Source: Patescibacteria group bacterium
GTDB taxonomy: Bacteria; Patescibacteriota; Patescibacteriia; Patescibacteriales; UBA12465
DNA: 64,000 nt
Reading direction: 5' to 3'
Assembly: GCA_049318005.1 (NCBI GenBank)
Contig: JBMOHE010000001.1
Coordinates: 117,995 to 181,994, forward strand
Positions 18,610 to 27,959 of the stretch are shown one piece after another (the stretch's first letter is position 1; every line of letters starts with the position of its first letter). The notes under the pieces were generated by a model that was given only the letters and a program-made list of their open reading frames with translations, searched no databases and had not been told where the DNA came from. The position numbers were made by a program, and so were the translations under genes.

Positions 18610-20145
18610 TTATTTTGAAGCAATATCAACTCTCTTAATAACTTTCTTAAGCTCGGTCATTTTTAGCTCTCTACCTACCATTAATTCGTTTAATTTTTCA
18701 AGCCCACTATTTCTTTCCATAAGAGTAGATTCAATCTTTTTTATTTCCGTAATATCAGTTATAACCCCTACTAAACCAATAACCTTACCGTTAATATCTT
18801 TATAGGCCGCTTTGTGAAAAATAACATCATGAAGAGTGTTGTCTGAAGCGGGAAATTTCCCCTCATAAGAGCGCGTCCCATAACTTTCTAAGGCATTAAT
18901 ATCATCTTGATGATATTTCTCGGCCAGACTTTTATCTCGATAAATATCATGAATATAACGACCAACCACTTCATTCTTTTTTTTGCCGATTAAATTAAGA
19001 TAAGCCGAATTACAGCCCAAATAAACACCTTTGGAATTCTTATAAAATAATGGGCTAGGGATAGATTCAATCAGGGTCTCCATAAAATATAAGTTATTTT
19101 CATGACGACGTGAAACAGAAAGAGAAAAAAATAGAGAAGCAATAATTAGTAAGATCAGTATTAATCCTATAATAATCGGCCAAAAATATTGAGAGACTAA
19201 TTCACCTAAATCCATTTCTCCATAATTTTCATAGGGGTTGAGTTTAAGGGCCATTAAAAGGTCGTGAACTGACTGATAGTTTAAGGGTGTTGTAAAGCCA
19301 GCAATCTTAGCGCTATTCGCCGGAGCTGAGTTTTGTTCAATTTTAAATAAGGCACCCGCGATCTTACGTGACAAATTATCATCGACGTTACTTAATTTAG
19401 ATAAGGCCCACTCTGGATACAGTTTTGTGCTCCTAAAAAAATTAAAATACTCAGGATCATTAATAATCTTTTTTGAATAATCATTAATAATATAAAAATC
19501 TGTATTTTTAATTTTCTTATCAGCAATTAATTGTTCCAGGACTCCCGTTCTAGCTACTCCCGCATCATATTTTCCAGCTAAAACTTCCTCAACAACTTTA
19601 TTTTGCGCACCTAAAAATTTTAATTCTTTAAAGTCAGCAAAAGGATCAATGCCATAATCAATAAATTCTTTATAGGCTGCCTGCCAACCGCCAAAAGAAG
19701 TTGTTTCAACAGCAGCCACTGTTTTACCCCTTAGGTCTTTTAATTCCTTAATATCTTTTCTATCACTACGAGTCACAATAACACTACCGAATTGGGATGA
19801 TTCAACTCCGGCATTTAAAGCTCGTAAAGTTGCGATTCGGCTAGCGCCAAGTAAAAGTTCAAGCTGAACATAAATAGATGAGTTTGTTAAAACAAAACTC
19901 ACACCCTGACTACGAGAAACTGGTAGAACGTCCTGGAACGTAAGCGGAACAATTTGAAAAGTATAATCCTTAATTTCAGAATTTAAATAATCAGCCGTCG
20001 CCTGCCACATTTCTGCTGTTTTTTTCAAATCATTTTGGTTATCAAGAACGCCAATTTTTACAACTGGCAAGGCCTCTCCACGAGCAATCACTGGAAATAA
20101 TACTAACAGTGAGAAAAATAAAAATAATATTTTATTTTTAAACAT
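18610..20145 (-). CDS. PhnD/phosphonate-binding-like extracellular sensor with TM and PAS domain, no kinase domain
   Basis: Signal peptide, SBP fold motifs (DLRGKTVAAVETTSFGGW, YPEWAL), TM, PAS (IESIPSPLFYKN..G.YLGCN...DITE), terminal coiled coil. Confidence 0.8.
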   Translation of the reverse strand: MFKNKILFLFFSLLVLFPVIARGEALPVVKIGVLDNQNDLKKTAEMWQATADYLNSEIKDYTFQIVPLTFQDVLPVSRSQGVSFVLTNSSIYVQLELLLGASRIATLRALNAGVESSQFGSVIVTRSDRKDIKELKDLRGKTVAAVETTSFGGWQAAYKEFIDYGIDPFADFKELKFLGAQNKVVEEVLAGKYDAGVARTGVLEQLIADKKIKNTDFYIINDYSKKIINDPEYFNFFRSTKLYPEWALSKLSNVDDNLSRKIAGALFKIEQNSAPANSAKIAGFTTPLNYQSVHDLLMALKLNPYENYGEMDLGELVSQYFWPIIIGLILILLIIASLFFSLSVSRRHENNLYFMETLIESIPSPLFYKNSKGVYLGCNSAYLNLIGKKKNEVVGRYIHDIYRDKSLAEKYHQDDINALESYGTRSYEGKFPASDNTLHDVIFHKAAYKDINGKVIGLVGVITDITEIKKIESTLMERNSGLEKLNELMVGRELKMTELKKVIKRVDIASK

Positions 20146-20157
20146 ATTTTTCTTAAA

Positions 20158-20195
20158 TAAATCGGCTCCTCAAAATTAAAAGAGGGGCCGATTTA
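20158..20195. terminator. Intrinsic terminator after the pilin gene
   Basis: AAATCGGCTCCTC...GAGGGGCCGATTT inverted repeat. Confidence 0.75.
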
Positions 20196-20215
20196 AAAGG
20201 AATTATAAACAAAAA

Positions 20216-20656
20216 TTAACGTGTTGCGGTAATCGTTGCGCCCTGCTCGGCGTTAGGAGCGGAAACAGTAACTCGACCGTTAACAGATTTAGAAATAGTA
20301 TATCTAATACCATTAGTCGAAGCGCCAATTGGATCAATAGGCATAGAGATCAAGTATTTTTCACTGGCAGTTAAAACGCCAAGGTCAATTAATCCAGTAC
20401 AAGTTCCACCCGTTTTACAAATTTCTGTAGTAGTAGAGGTAATAGAAGCGGGAATAGTTCCGGTATTATTAACTGAATATTGATAAACAGCATTTAAAAT
20501 AGTATTAACATCAACGCGTCTTTGAGCGTTTTTTGTATCGCCTAATTGCTTGCCCGGGTTAATGGCAAGAATAACAATGCTAGCTAAAATGGCGATAGCG
20601 GCAACTACTAAGAGGATTTCTAATAAGGTAAAACCTTTAAAATTAGTTTTTTTCAT
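20216..20656 (-). CDS. Type IV pilin (probable major pilin)
   Basis: KG/FTLLEILLVVAAIAILA; own promoter-like TGATATAAT upstream and terminator downstream. Confidence 0.9.
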   Translation of the reverse strand: MKKTNFKGFTLLEILLVVAAIAILASIVILAINPGKQLGDTKNAQRRVDVNTILNAVYQYSVNNTGTIPASITSTTTEICKTGGTCTGLIDLGVLTASEKYLISMPIDPIGASTNGIRYTISKSVNGRVTVSAPNAEQGATITATR

Positions 20657-20755
20657 AATGTCTTAAGTTAAATTTTTATATGAGAAGTATTTAATTATTA
20701 ATATTATATCATGTTTTTCTTACAGCGCCAAGCTTTAAGGCTAAGAAATTTTGTC

Positions 20756-21178
20756 CTAATCGGCCACGTCTGACCAAGAAGAAATGATGATTTTCGGGCT
20801 TATTGCACTAATAAAAATTCTTACTTTTTTTGTATCGCTTAAAATAGTACTGGTCGCGTCAATTGTTCGCGTTGACGCGCCTGTATTAGTAACCGAATAG
20901 AAACAAGTTCCCCCACTAAGAGTAATCGTGTTTGACCCAGTGAAACTAGTATTATCACGAACTTGCTGGAGCGCCTCCTCGGCGCAAGCGTCAGCTAAAA
21001 ATTTAGCTCTAAATGAGTTTGTGTAAATCAAACTGCTTTTAGTGGCGTCTATCCCACTGGTTAACATAAAGAGAACAATACTAAAAATAACAGCGCCAAT
21101 AATAATAACGCTAATTAAAGTTATATAGCCCTTTTCCTCCCTACTTTTAAATAGTAATTTTATTGTGTTTCTTATCAT
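20756..21178 (-). CDS. PilX/GspK-like minor pilin
   Basis: KG/YITLISVIII (no E5), RAKFLADACAEEAL. Confidence 0.75.
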   Translation of the reverse strand: MIRNTIKLLFKSREEKGYITLISVIIIGAVIFSIVLFMLTSGIDATKSSLIYTNSFRAKFLADACAEEALQQVRDNTSFTGSNTITLSGGTCFYSVTNTGASTRTIDATSTILSDTKKVRIFISAISPKIIISSWSDVAD

Positions 21179-21180
21179 AC

Positions 21181-21702
21181 TTAGTAACGATGACTAACGC
21201 TCATGTTAAAATTTTTAGTATATGAATATTCTGAACGCCCAAAAGAATCCACTGCACTTAAAGTAAAACGACAATTAATACTATCAGGGGCTCCGGTTTT
21301 CCCATAATTAGCACAAAGAAAATTTGTAACTGTTACTTTAGAATTTGTTAAAGCTATGTCTGAGCCGCCTGCTAAATTTATCATTAAACCACTACCGACA
21401 AGTTTAAAAACGGTTGGATTACGACTAGCGTCAGAGAAACTTAGAGTTAAACTTGAACCACTCACTCCCGGTAAGGGCGCAGTAATATTCGCAGCCGCTT
21501 TGATATTTTGATTAAGTAATTGAGTTATATTTATCCCCTGTTGTTCTATTTCAGAAATTATTTGATTTTTCTCTTTGGCCTGAGAAACGGCATTCATAAA
21601 AGATGAAATCGTTAAAACTAATGTTCCCATAATCGAAACATATAAAAGCAGCTCTACTAAAGTAAATCCCTGTTTATTTTTTTGTTTTTTCAAAATTATC
21701 AT
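21181..21702 (-). CDS. PilW/GspJ-like minor pilin
   Basis: QG/FTLVELLLYVSIMG. Confidence 0.85.
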   Translation of the reverse strand: MIILKKQKNKQGFTLVELLLYVSIMGTLVLTISSFMNAVSQAKEKNQIISEIEQQGINITQLLNQNIKAAANITAPLPGVSGSSLTLSFSDASRNPTVFKLVGSGLMINLAGGSDIALTNSKVTVTNFLCANYGKTGAPDSINCRFTLSAVDSFGRSEYSYTKNFNMSVSHRY

Positions 21703-21704
21703 TA

Positions 21705-23183
21705 TTATTGCGGTTTAGTAATAACTAGCTGCCTATTGCTACTACCGACAAAACGAGCGCCAGCTAAATAAAGTCTATCGTAAGTAGGACTATAATCTAT
21801 TCCGTTTGTATTAAAATTAGAAGTCGTGCCAGAAATATCCATTACGCTTAACTGGGTAGGGGTTGTCGGGTTAGTCACGTCAAATATTCTCAACTCCCCG
21901 CTAGTAAGAGTATTGGCAAGGGCCAAGTAGGTATCATTATTAAATAAAACCATGCCCTGAGCTGAGCCGCCAGTTGACCAACCATTAGCTGCTAAAAGTA
22001 CTGGCACGGTTTTACTGGTAATATTAATAGGATAAACAATAGCATCCATACGACTAAGAAAAGCGACTGTACTAGCTGAATTAACCATAATCGCGCGACC
22101 ATTAGTCGCGGTCGCGGCACCAATAATATTAATAACCGCTGTCCTAACCGGCAGAGCTGGATTAGTTATATCAATTATTTGAAATTCACGGATATCATCT
22201 TGAGAAGCTATATAAGCATAATTTCCAACTACACGTATGTCTTGAGCAGTTGCTTCGAGATTTAAAACGCCGGCCGACGTTGGTAAAGCGGGGTTGCTAA
22301 CGTTTACTACCTCAAATTCATTTTGACCATTAGTAGCACTAAGCGCACGAACAAAATAAACATAATTTCCCGATATAGCTGAACCATAAGCATCGCTATT
22401 ACCAGCCGCATTAAAAGTCCCAACTAAAGCCGGGGCGGCCTTATTAGTAATATTAACAATCTGAAGCTCGTTCGCATTCCCCGTTCCAGTTACATAAGCA
22501 TAATTACCCGATACGATAACGTTACTCAAATTGGCTACCAAAGTTGCGCTACCAGTTAAGACTGGGTTAGTAGTTGATGAAATGTTTACTACTAAAAAAT
22601 TAGGGGTACCTGATACTAAAACAACATAGGCATAATCGCCGAAAACAGTTACATCAACTCCGGAGGTAGTCGGCACGGCGGCATAACCAGTTTCTATAGA
22701 CGGTAATGACCAATTTCCAATTCCCGATTTTGCCCAATTTGTTAAATAGGTTACTAAACTAAAACTACCACTGCGCTGAGCATTCTGATTCCAGGTAACG
22801 GTTGAAGTTGCAACTAATCTATCTGTTCCATTTGAACCAATTAAAATTTGTCTAATAAATTCTCCATCTGTATTACTGGTTCCAGAGATAGACCAACTTC
22901 CAGTTGAAGTTGAAACTCCGTATGGTCCTCCAATACTTAAATTAGTAAAAGCAGCATCGCTAATATTTCTTAAAGCCTCAAGACCTTCTTCGGCATATAA
23001 AGCCGCTCTCTGCCTTTCGCCACTAAGCACTGCTGCTTCTTCGCCATAAAGAAAAGCCTGCACAGCGAATGAAGTGATAATTAAAAAAAGAGCCGCCGAA
23101 AGCATTACTTCAAGTAAAGCAAAGCCACTTTTTTTAGTAACTAATTGTTCCTTGAGAGTTAATAGAAACATTTTTAGATTCAT
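21705..23183 (-). CDS. PilV-like minor pilin fused to LVIVD-repeat (beta-propeller) domain
   Basis: SG/FALLEVML, AEEGLEALR, then repeated GNYAYV...LQIVNITNxxxP units; true start uncertain. Confidence 0.8.
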   Translation of the reverse strand: MNLKMFLLTLKEQLVTKKSGFALLEVMLSAALFLIITSFAVQAFLYGEEAAVLSGERQRAALYAEEGLEALRNISDAAFTNLSIGGPYGVSTSTGSWSISGTSNTDGEFIRQILIGSNGTDRLVATSTVTWNQNAQRSGSFSLVTYLTNWAKSGIGNWSLPSIETGYAAVPTTSGVDVTVFGDYAYVVLVSGTPNFLVVNISSTTNPVLTGSATLVANLSNVIVSGNYAYVTGTGNANELQIVNITNKAAPALVGTFNAAGNSDAYGSAISGNYVYFVRALSATNGQNEFEVVNVSNPALPTSAGVLNLEATAQDIRVVGNYAYIASQDDIREFQIIDITNPALPVRTAVINIIGAATATNGRAIMVNSASTVAFLSRMDAIVYPINITSKTVPVLLAANGWSTGGSAQGMVLFNNDTYLALANTLTSGELRIFDVTNPTTPTQLSVMDISGTTSNFNTNGIDYSPTYDRLYLAGARFVGSSNRQLVITKPQ

Positions 23184-23577
23184 TATTAATTGAATTTAAA
23201 ATAATTGTACCGTTTGTAATTGGCGTCCCCGTAGCTTTATAAAAAACTACTTCCGTTAAACCACTAACAGAGCCTAAACTATTTAAATTTTCGCTTTCAT
23301 CATAAGCGCTATCGCGAGAGATATATGAAGATCCTTTAAACGTTACTGAGCTCGTGCTTGTTATATAAACTCCCCAATTAGAATCAGCTTCTGCTCCGCG
23401 CGCCAAGCTTTGAGCTCGACGCCAATCAGAAACTACTTGCTTAACAGCTAAATCAAGGTTATTGCGATTATAAAAAAAACCGGAGACCGGAATAATAATT
23501 GCCGCTAGGACTCCAATCGTAGTAAGCACTAAAAGTATTTCAATTAAAGTAAAGCCCGAAGACTTTTTTTTGAGCAT
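23134..23577 (-). CDS. FimT/GspH-like minor pilin
   Basis: SG/FTLIEILLVL, RRAQSLA, C-terminal VSINSQGTI. Confidence 0.85.
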   Translation of the reverse strand: MLKKKSSGFTLIEILLVLTTIGVLAAIIIPVSGFFYNRNNLDLAVKQVVSDWRRAQSLARGAEADSNWGVYITSTSSVTFKGSSYISRDSAYDESENLNSLGSVSGLTEVVFYKATGTPITNGTIILNSINNESKNVSINSQGTISY

Positions 23578-23591
23578 ACGTTAAATGAACC

Positions 23592-24674
23592 TTAATTAAG
23601 AGAATTATAGCCGCCAATCAAACTATAAATAGGTAAAATAATAGATAAGGCAACGCCGACAACGCCCAACCAAACAACAATTAGTAAAATCGGCTCTAGA
23701 ATAACTACTAGATTCTTAGTCGTCATTTCAGTTTTATCATTATAGCTTTCGCCAATTTTGACAAGAATATCAGCTAAATTACCCGACTGTTCCCCGGCAA
23801 TAATCATTTGCTGAATTGAGTATGGCATTATTTTGTTTACCTTTTTATAAGAAGCAAAACTTTTTTGAAAAGAATTCCCTTCTTCAACATAATCTTTTAA
23901 AAAAGTATAAAATTTTTGATAGCGAAAAAATGTACTTGAACTTTTTATTGACTCTAGCGCCTGCTCGACTGGCAAACCAGCTCCAAGCAAAGTTCCTAGT
24001 AAGTAACCAAAGCGCGCTAATTCAACTTCTTGAACTAATTTACTTATTCCCGGAGTTGCTAAAACGATAGACTGACCAATAAATTTTGTTTTCGAGAAAA
24101 TAAAAATAAAATAAATTAAAGCCGAGAGAAATAATAAGAAAGATGGAACTACTATATATCCATAGGCCCCTAAAAATTTTCCAAAATCAATCATTAATCT
24201 TGTAATAAGTGGCAACTTTACATTCATTTGCGAAAAAACAGTCGCTAAATTAGGCAAGATAAACCAAGAAATACCAATTGAGATTACGAGAGCTAAAAAA
24301 ATAACAAAAACCGGATACATCATGGCCGACTTAAGTTTAGATTTAAACTCTTTATTTTTTTCAGTTTGACTGGCAACAATTTTTAAATTTTCTGATAATC
24401 GTCCTGTTTCTTCTCCAATTTTAATTAAAGAAATTGTTGATTCCGGGAAAAGATTAGAGGAGGCGGCGGCCCGCCAAAAAGAAGAACCATTTTCTACCTC
24501 TTGGCTCATGTGGTTTAATATCTCACTCAAATACTTTGATTTGATCTCTTTTTGAACAGCCAAAAGAGCCATAGAAACATTTAAACCAGAGGATAATAAA
24601 AGGGTTAAATTTTCAATTAAAATTCCCCTTTCAGCACCCGTCCCCAAAGATGAAAAAAAATTATTTTTTTGCAT
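23592..24674 (-). CDS. pilC: Type IV pilus inner-membrane platform protein, PilC/GspF family
   Basis: LLSSGL, IGEETGRL, KSAMMYP, AGEQSGNL, ILEPILLI. Confidence 0.93.
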   Translation of the reverse strand: MQKNNFFSSLGTGAERGILIENLTLLLSSGLNVSMALLAVQKEIKSKYLSEILNHMSQEVENGSSFWRAAASSNLFPESTISLIKIGEETGRLSENLKIVASQTEKNKEFKSKLKSAMMYPVFVIFLALVISIGISWFILPNLATVFSQMNVKLPLITRLMIDFGKFLGAYGYIVVPSFLLFLSALIYFIFIFSKTKFIGQSIVLATPGISKLVQEVELARFGYLLGTLLGAGLPVEQALESIKSSSTFFRYQKFYTFLKDYVEEGNSFQKSFASYKKVNKIMPYSIQQMIIAGEQSGNLADILVKIGESYNDKTEMTTKNLVVILEPILLIVVWLGVVGVALSIILPIYSLIGGYNSLN

Positions 24675-26316
24675 ACGGCGGGTTGGCTACGCGAAGTAAT
24701 TCGTCTAAAGTTGTTAAGCCATTCTTTACTTTCTCAAGCCCATCTTCAAATAAAGATATGGCTCCATTTCTTTTAGCGACTTCCCAAATTTGCTGACTAG
24801 AAGGATTTTTTAAAATTAATTCTTGCAGTTCGGGGTTTATACTTATGAATTCAAAAATTCCAATTCTTCCCTTATACCCAGTTCCAGAACAATTGGGACA
24901 ACCCTTACCTTTGTACAAAGTAACATTCTCTTTGCCAAAATATTTTTTTGCTTGCGGCAATGTTTTTTCTAAACTTGATGTTTTAACATTAATAGAATAG
25001 CGGCAAGACTCGCAAATACGACGCGCTAAACGCTGGGCAACAATTAATTCAAGCGTTGAGGATAAAAGAAAAGGCTCTATGCCCATATCTATTAAACGCG
25101 GAATAGAGGTTGAAGCGTCGTTAGCATGAAAAGTTGAAAGCAAAAGATGGCCAGTCAAAGCAGCGTTAACAGCAATTTCCGCCGTTTCCTGATCGCGAAT
25201 TTCGCCAACTAAAATAATATCCGGATCCTGCCTAACAATAGAACGCAATCCCTTAGCAAAAGTTAAATTAGTTTGTTGATTAACTTGAATCTGATTAATG
25301 CCGGAAATTTTAAACTCAACTGGATCTTCGATAGTTGTAATATTTACTTCGGGATCATTAAGTGTTCTAAGGACAGCATATAAAGTCGTCGTTTTTCCGC
25401 TACCAGTTGGGCCGGTAACTAAAATCATGCCAAAAGGTTTTTTTGCCGATATTTCTAATAATTTCTGACTATCACCAAGCAAGCCCAAGTCACTCAAAGC
25501 AAAGCTACGCATATAATCAGCGAGCAGACGAAGAACAATTTTCTCACCATCTAAAGTCGGGATTAAAGAAAAACGAGCATCAATTAAACGACCGTCACGA
25601 ACAAAGCGAATCGCACCGTCCTGAGCGGCATAATGTTCATCGATTCTTAAACGAGCTTGAACCTTCAAGCGGTTAACAATATTCTCATAATATTCTTTAG
25701 GAATTCTTCCAGCCTCATGCAAAACGCCATCAACACGAAATCTAACAACCACTTCTTTTTCTTGAGGCTCAAAATGGATATCAGAAGTTCTAAAACTAAC
25801 CGCATCAGTTAAAATTTCTTCGATGATTTCCGGGGCGACGCTTTTCTGGTCTTTAATAATCTGACTAAATCTAGTTGCTAAGGTTTTTCTATATTTACCC
25901 AGAGCGGCTTCAATATCTTCTTCAAGCGAGTAAGCTAAAGAAACCTTTTTCTTAGGAAATAAAATTTTTATCTTATCAATTAAATGAATATTATCCGGAG
26001 TATCGGTCGCAATCACTACTTCTTTAGCCCCTTCTTCAAATAATATCAAACGAAATTTTTGAGCTATTTCTTCAGGTATTTTAGCAATTTGCTCCTTACT
26101 CGGCTGATTTGAATTTAAATCTGCATAAGCTAATTTATAAAATTCAGCAATCGCCTGCCCTAATAAATCAGAGGTTAATATTTCTTCGGCAATTAAATAA
26201 TCAGCTAAACTTGTATGTCTAGCTTCACTATTCTTTAATGCTAAGACTAAATCTTTTTCTTCAACATAATTACCGCTAAGTAAAACTTGCTGTAATTGCT
26301 TGTCTGATAATTTTAT
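24661..26316 (-). CDS. pilB: Type IV pilus assembly ATPase, PilB/GspE family (reading frame extends about 90 codons upstream of the ORF-track start at 26049)
   Basis: TSDIHFEP, VTGPTGSGKTTT, RQDPDIILVGEIRD, CxxC...CxxC zinc site; the upstream in-frame segment IKLSDKQLQQVLL...LLGQAIAEFY is a typical N-terminal domain; start codon unresolved. Confidence 0.9.
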   Translation of the reverse strand: MKLSDKQLQQVLLSGNYVEEKDLVLALKNSEARHTSLADYLIAEEILTSDLLGQAIAEFYKLAYADLNSNQPSKEQIAKIPEEIAQKFRLILFEEGAKEVVIATDTPDNIHLIDKIKILFPKKKVSLAYSLEEDIEAALGKYRKTLATRFSQIIKDQKSVAPEIIEEILTDAVSFRTSDIHFEPQEKEVVVRFRVDGVLHEAGRIPKEYYENIVNRLKVQARLRIDEHYAAQDGAIRFVRDGRLIDARFSLIPTLDGEKIVLRLLADYMRSFALSDLGLLGDSQKLLEISAKKPFGMILVTGPTGSGKTTTLYAVLRTLNDPEVNITTIEDPVEFKISGINQIQVNQQTNLTFAKGLRSIVRQDPDIILVGEIRDQETAEIAVNAALTGHLLLSTFHANDASTSIPRLIDMGIEPFLLSSTLELIVAQRLARRICESCRYSINVKTSSLEKTLPQAKKYFGKENVTLYKGKGCPNCSGTGYKGRIGIFEFISINPELQELILKNPSSQQIWEVAKRNGAISLFEDGLEKVKNGLTTLDELLRVANPPYAKK

Positions 26317-26322
26317 GGGAAA

Positions 26323-26703
26323 TTATTTAACTTTTAGAATTTTTTTGATGTTTTCGATAATATCGAGAAGCGGAGTATTTGATTTAATAAAAAAAGCCAC
26401 GGCGCCAAGGTCCTTAGCTTTTTTAGCGTCATCTTCCTGGCTCAAATTAGACAAAACGACAATCGGCGTTTTAATTTTTTTAGCATTCATTTCTATCATA
26501 ATACTAAAACCATCTCGTTTTGGCATCATTATATCAAGGAGAATAATATCAAATTTCTCTTTAAGAATAAGGTCCATTGCCTCTTCGCCGTTACTCGCTA
26601 TGGTCGGCAAAAAACCTGAATGACTCAGTTTTAGTTGAAGCGCATTGGCCATTAGTCTTTCATCCTCGGCTATCAACACTTTTTTCAATTTAATTTCAGG
26701 CAT
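26323..26703 (-). CDS. Single-domain response regulator (CheY-like)
   Basis: LIAEDE, LLDIMMPKRDG, LSNL, FIKS; paralogue of 2898..3263. Confidence 0.92.
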   Translation of the reverse strand: MPEIKLKKVLIAEDERLMANALQLKLSHSGFLPTIASNGEEAMDLILKEKFDIILLDIMMPKRDGFSIMIEMNAKKIKTPIVVLSNLSQEDDAKKAKDLGAVAFFIKSNTPLLDIIENIKKILKVK

Positions 26704-26776
26704 AAATTACAAAAAGACAATATTTATCGATATTTAAATAATATCATAATTAGACTAATTCGACAATATTTTAAAT

Positions 26777-26802
26777 AAAAAGCTATCTCGAGAGATAGCT
26801 TT
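26777..26802. terminator. Intrinsic terminator
   Basis: AAAGCTATCTC-GA-GAGATAGCTTT inverted repeat. Confidence 0.7.
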
Positions 26803-26835
26803 GGGAAGGGCTTAATTTTTAAATTTGATGATTTT

Positions 26836-27204
26836 TTAAGTTGGAATAACCACTGGGGAATGTCCAAATAATTCTTTGTCTAAAACTGGTAAGGCAAGTT
26901 TACCGGGAACCTCGCCATCGTTAACTAAAACAAGAAGATAGATTATCATTTCTTTGGCGGCATAGGTTGGGCGGCCACCGGCTTTTTTGTATTCCTCGTT
27001 ATCGAGAAAAACTGACTCTTCTTCGAAAGACAAAATAAAATTGATTTCCTTGACGCCCGATATGCCGAGCTCAATTTGATCATCTTTATAGTAAAACTTG
27101 GTTAATGAAAAATCTAAATCATCTTTCTTTAATTGACAAATTTTCTCACTAACCGCAATGAAAAAATTACTTTTAATCATTTTTTTTGCTTCTCCGGTTT
27201 CCAT
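26836..27204 (-). CDS. Hypothetical protein
   Basis: 122-aa ORF with an AAAAGG RBS-like sequence just upstream and a terminator downstream. Confidence 0.6.
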   Translation of the reverse strand: METGEAKKMIKSNFFIAVSEKICQLKKDDLDFSLTKFYYKDDQIELGISGVKEINFILSFEEESVFLDNEEYKKAGGRPTYAAKEMIIYLLVLVNDGEVPGKLALPVLDKELFGHSPVVIPT

Positions 27205-27289
27205 CCTTTTTGGTTTTTAAAATGTACGTAATTCAAAATTTAACACTATATAAACATATATCTTCTGATACTATATTTTCAAAAAAAAC

Positions 27290-27892
27290 CTATCTTCCCG
27301 AACTAAAGTCATCTGTTTTCAAATCTAATTTTCTTAGGAAACCATTCGCTGCTGCGATATCCCCATCAGACGCGGCTGTATAGGCATTAACATAGTCCGC
27401 AAAATTCTCAGCATTAACCGAAGCCATTGTGCTTGCTCCAACAAGACTCCTCCATGCCTTATAGTCGTTAGACTGTATAGCATTTTTTATTGTTTGGCTT
27501 TTAGAAGATGATTGAAAAAAACTTTTCTTTAGACCTAAAGATATTTTTATTGGATTTGCATCTTCAACATTACCCTGCTTAAGAAGCCTATAGGCGTTAG
27601 TAAAACTCGAAAAATTTTGTTCCGTCACCTTACTTTTTATATTTTCATCACTCACTAAGACACTCCAGGTTTCATAATCATTGTTCATGATAGCCGAATC
27701 TATTTGCGCATTTTTAGCTTGAGTAAGAGCGATGCTAATTCTTACTCCGGCAAAAGCGGCTACTGGAAGCAAAAAAACCGCTAACAAAAATATTCCAACT
27801 ACCAAAGACTTCTTGTATTTTTTTGTAAAGTTTTTAACATTAGCAAAAAAATCATTTTTTACATTTTTTTGATCCTTAATTTCATTCTTCAT
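27290..27892 (-). CDS. Secreted or membrane-anchored hypothetical protein with an internal duplication
   Basis: Hydrophobic segment near aa 30-50; two copies of AI.xNDY.xW...V...NF..F..AY..L..G. Confidence 0.75.
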   Translation of the reverse strand: MKNEIKDQKNVKNDFFANVKNFTKKYKKSLVVGIFLLAVFLLPVAAFAGVRISIALTQAKNAQIDSAIMNNDYETWSVLVSDENIKSKVTEQNFSSFTNAYRLLKQGNVEDANPIKISLGLKKSFFQSSSKSQTIKNAIQSNDYKAWRSLVGASTMASVNAENFADYVNAYTAASDGDIAAANGFLRKLDLKTDDFSSGR

Positions 27893-27959
27893 ATTTTTTA
27901 AAATATACTTATAAATATATACTTACATTTATTATATCATTAATCTAAATAATATTCAA

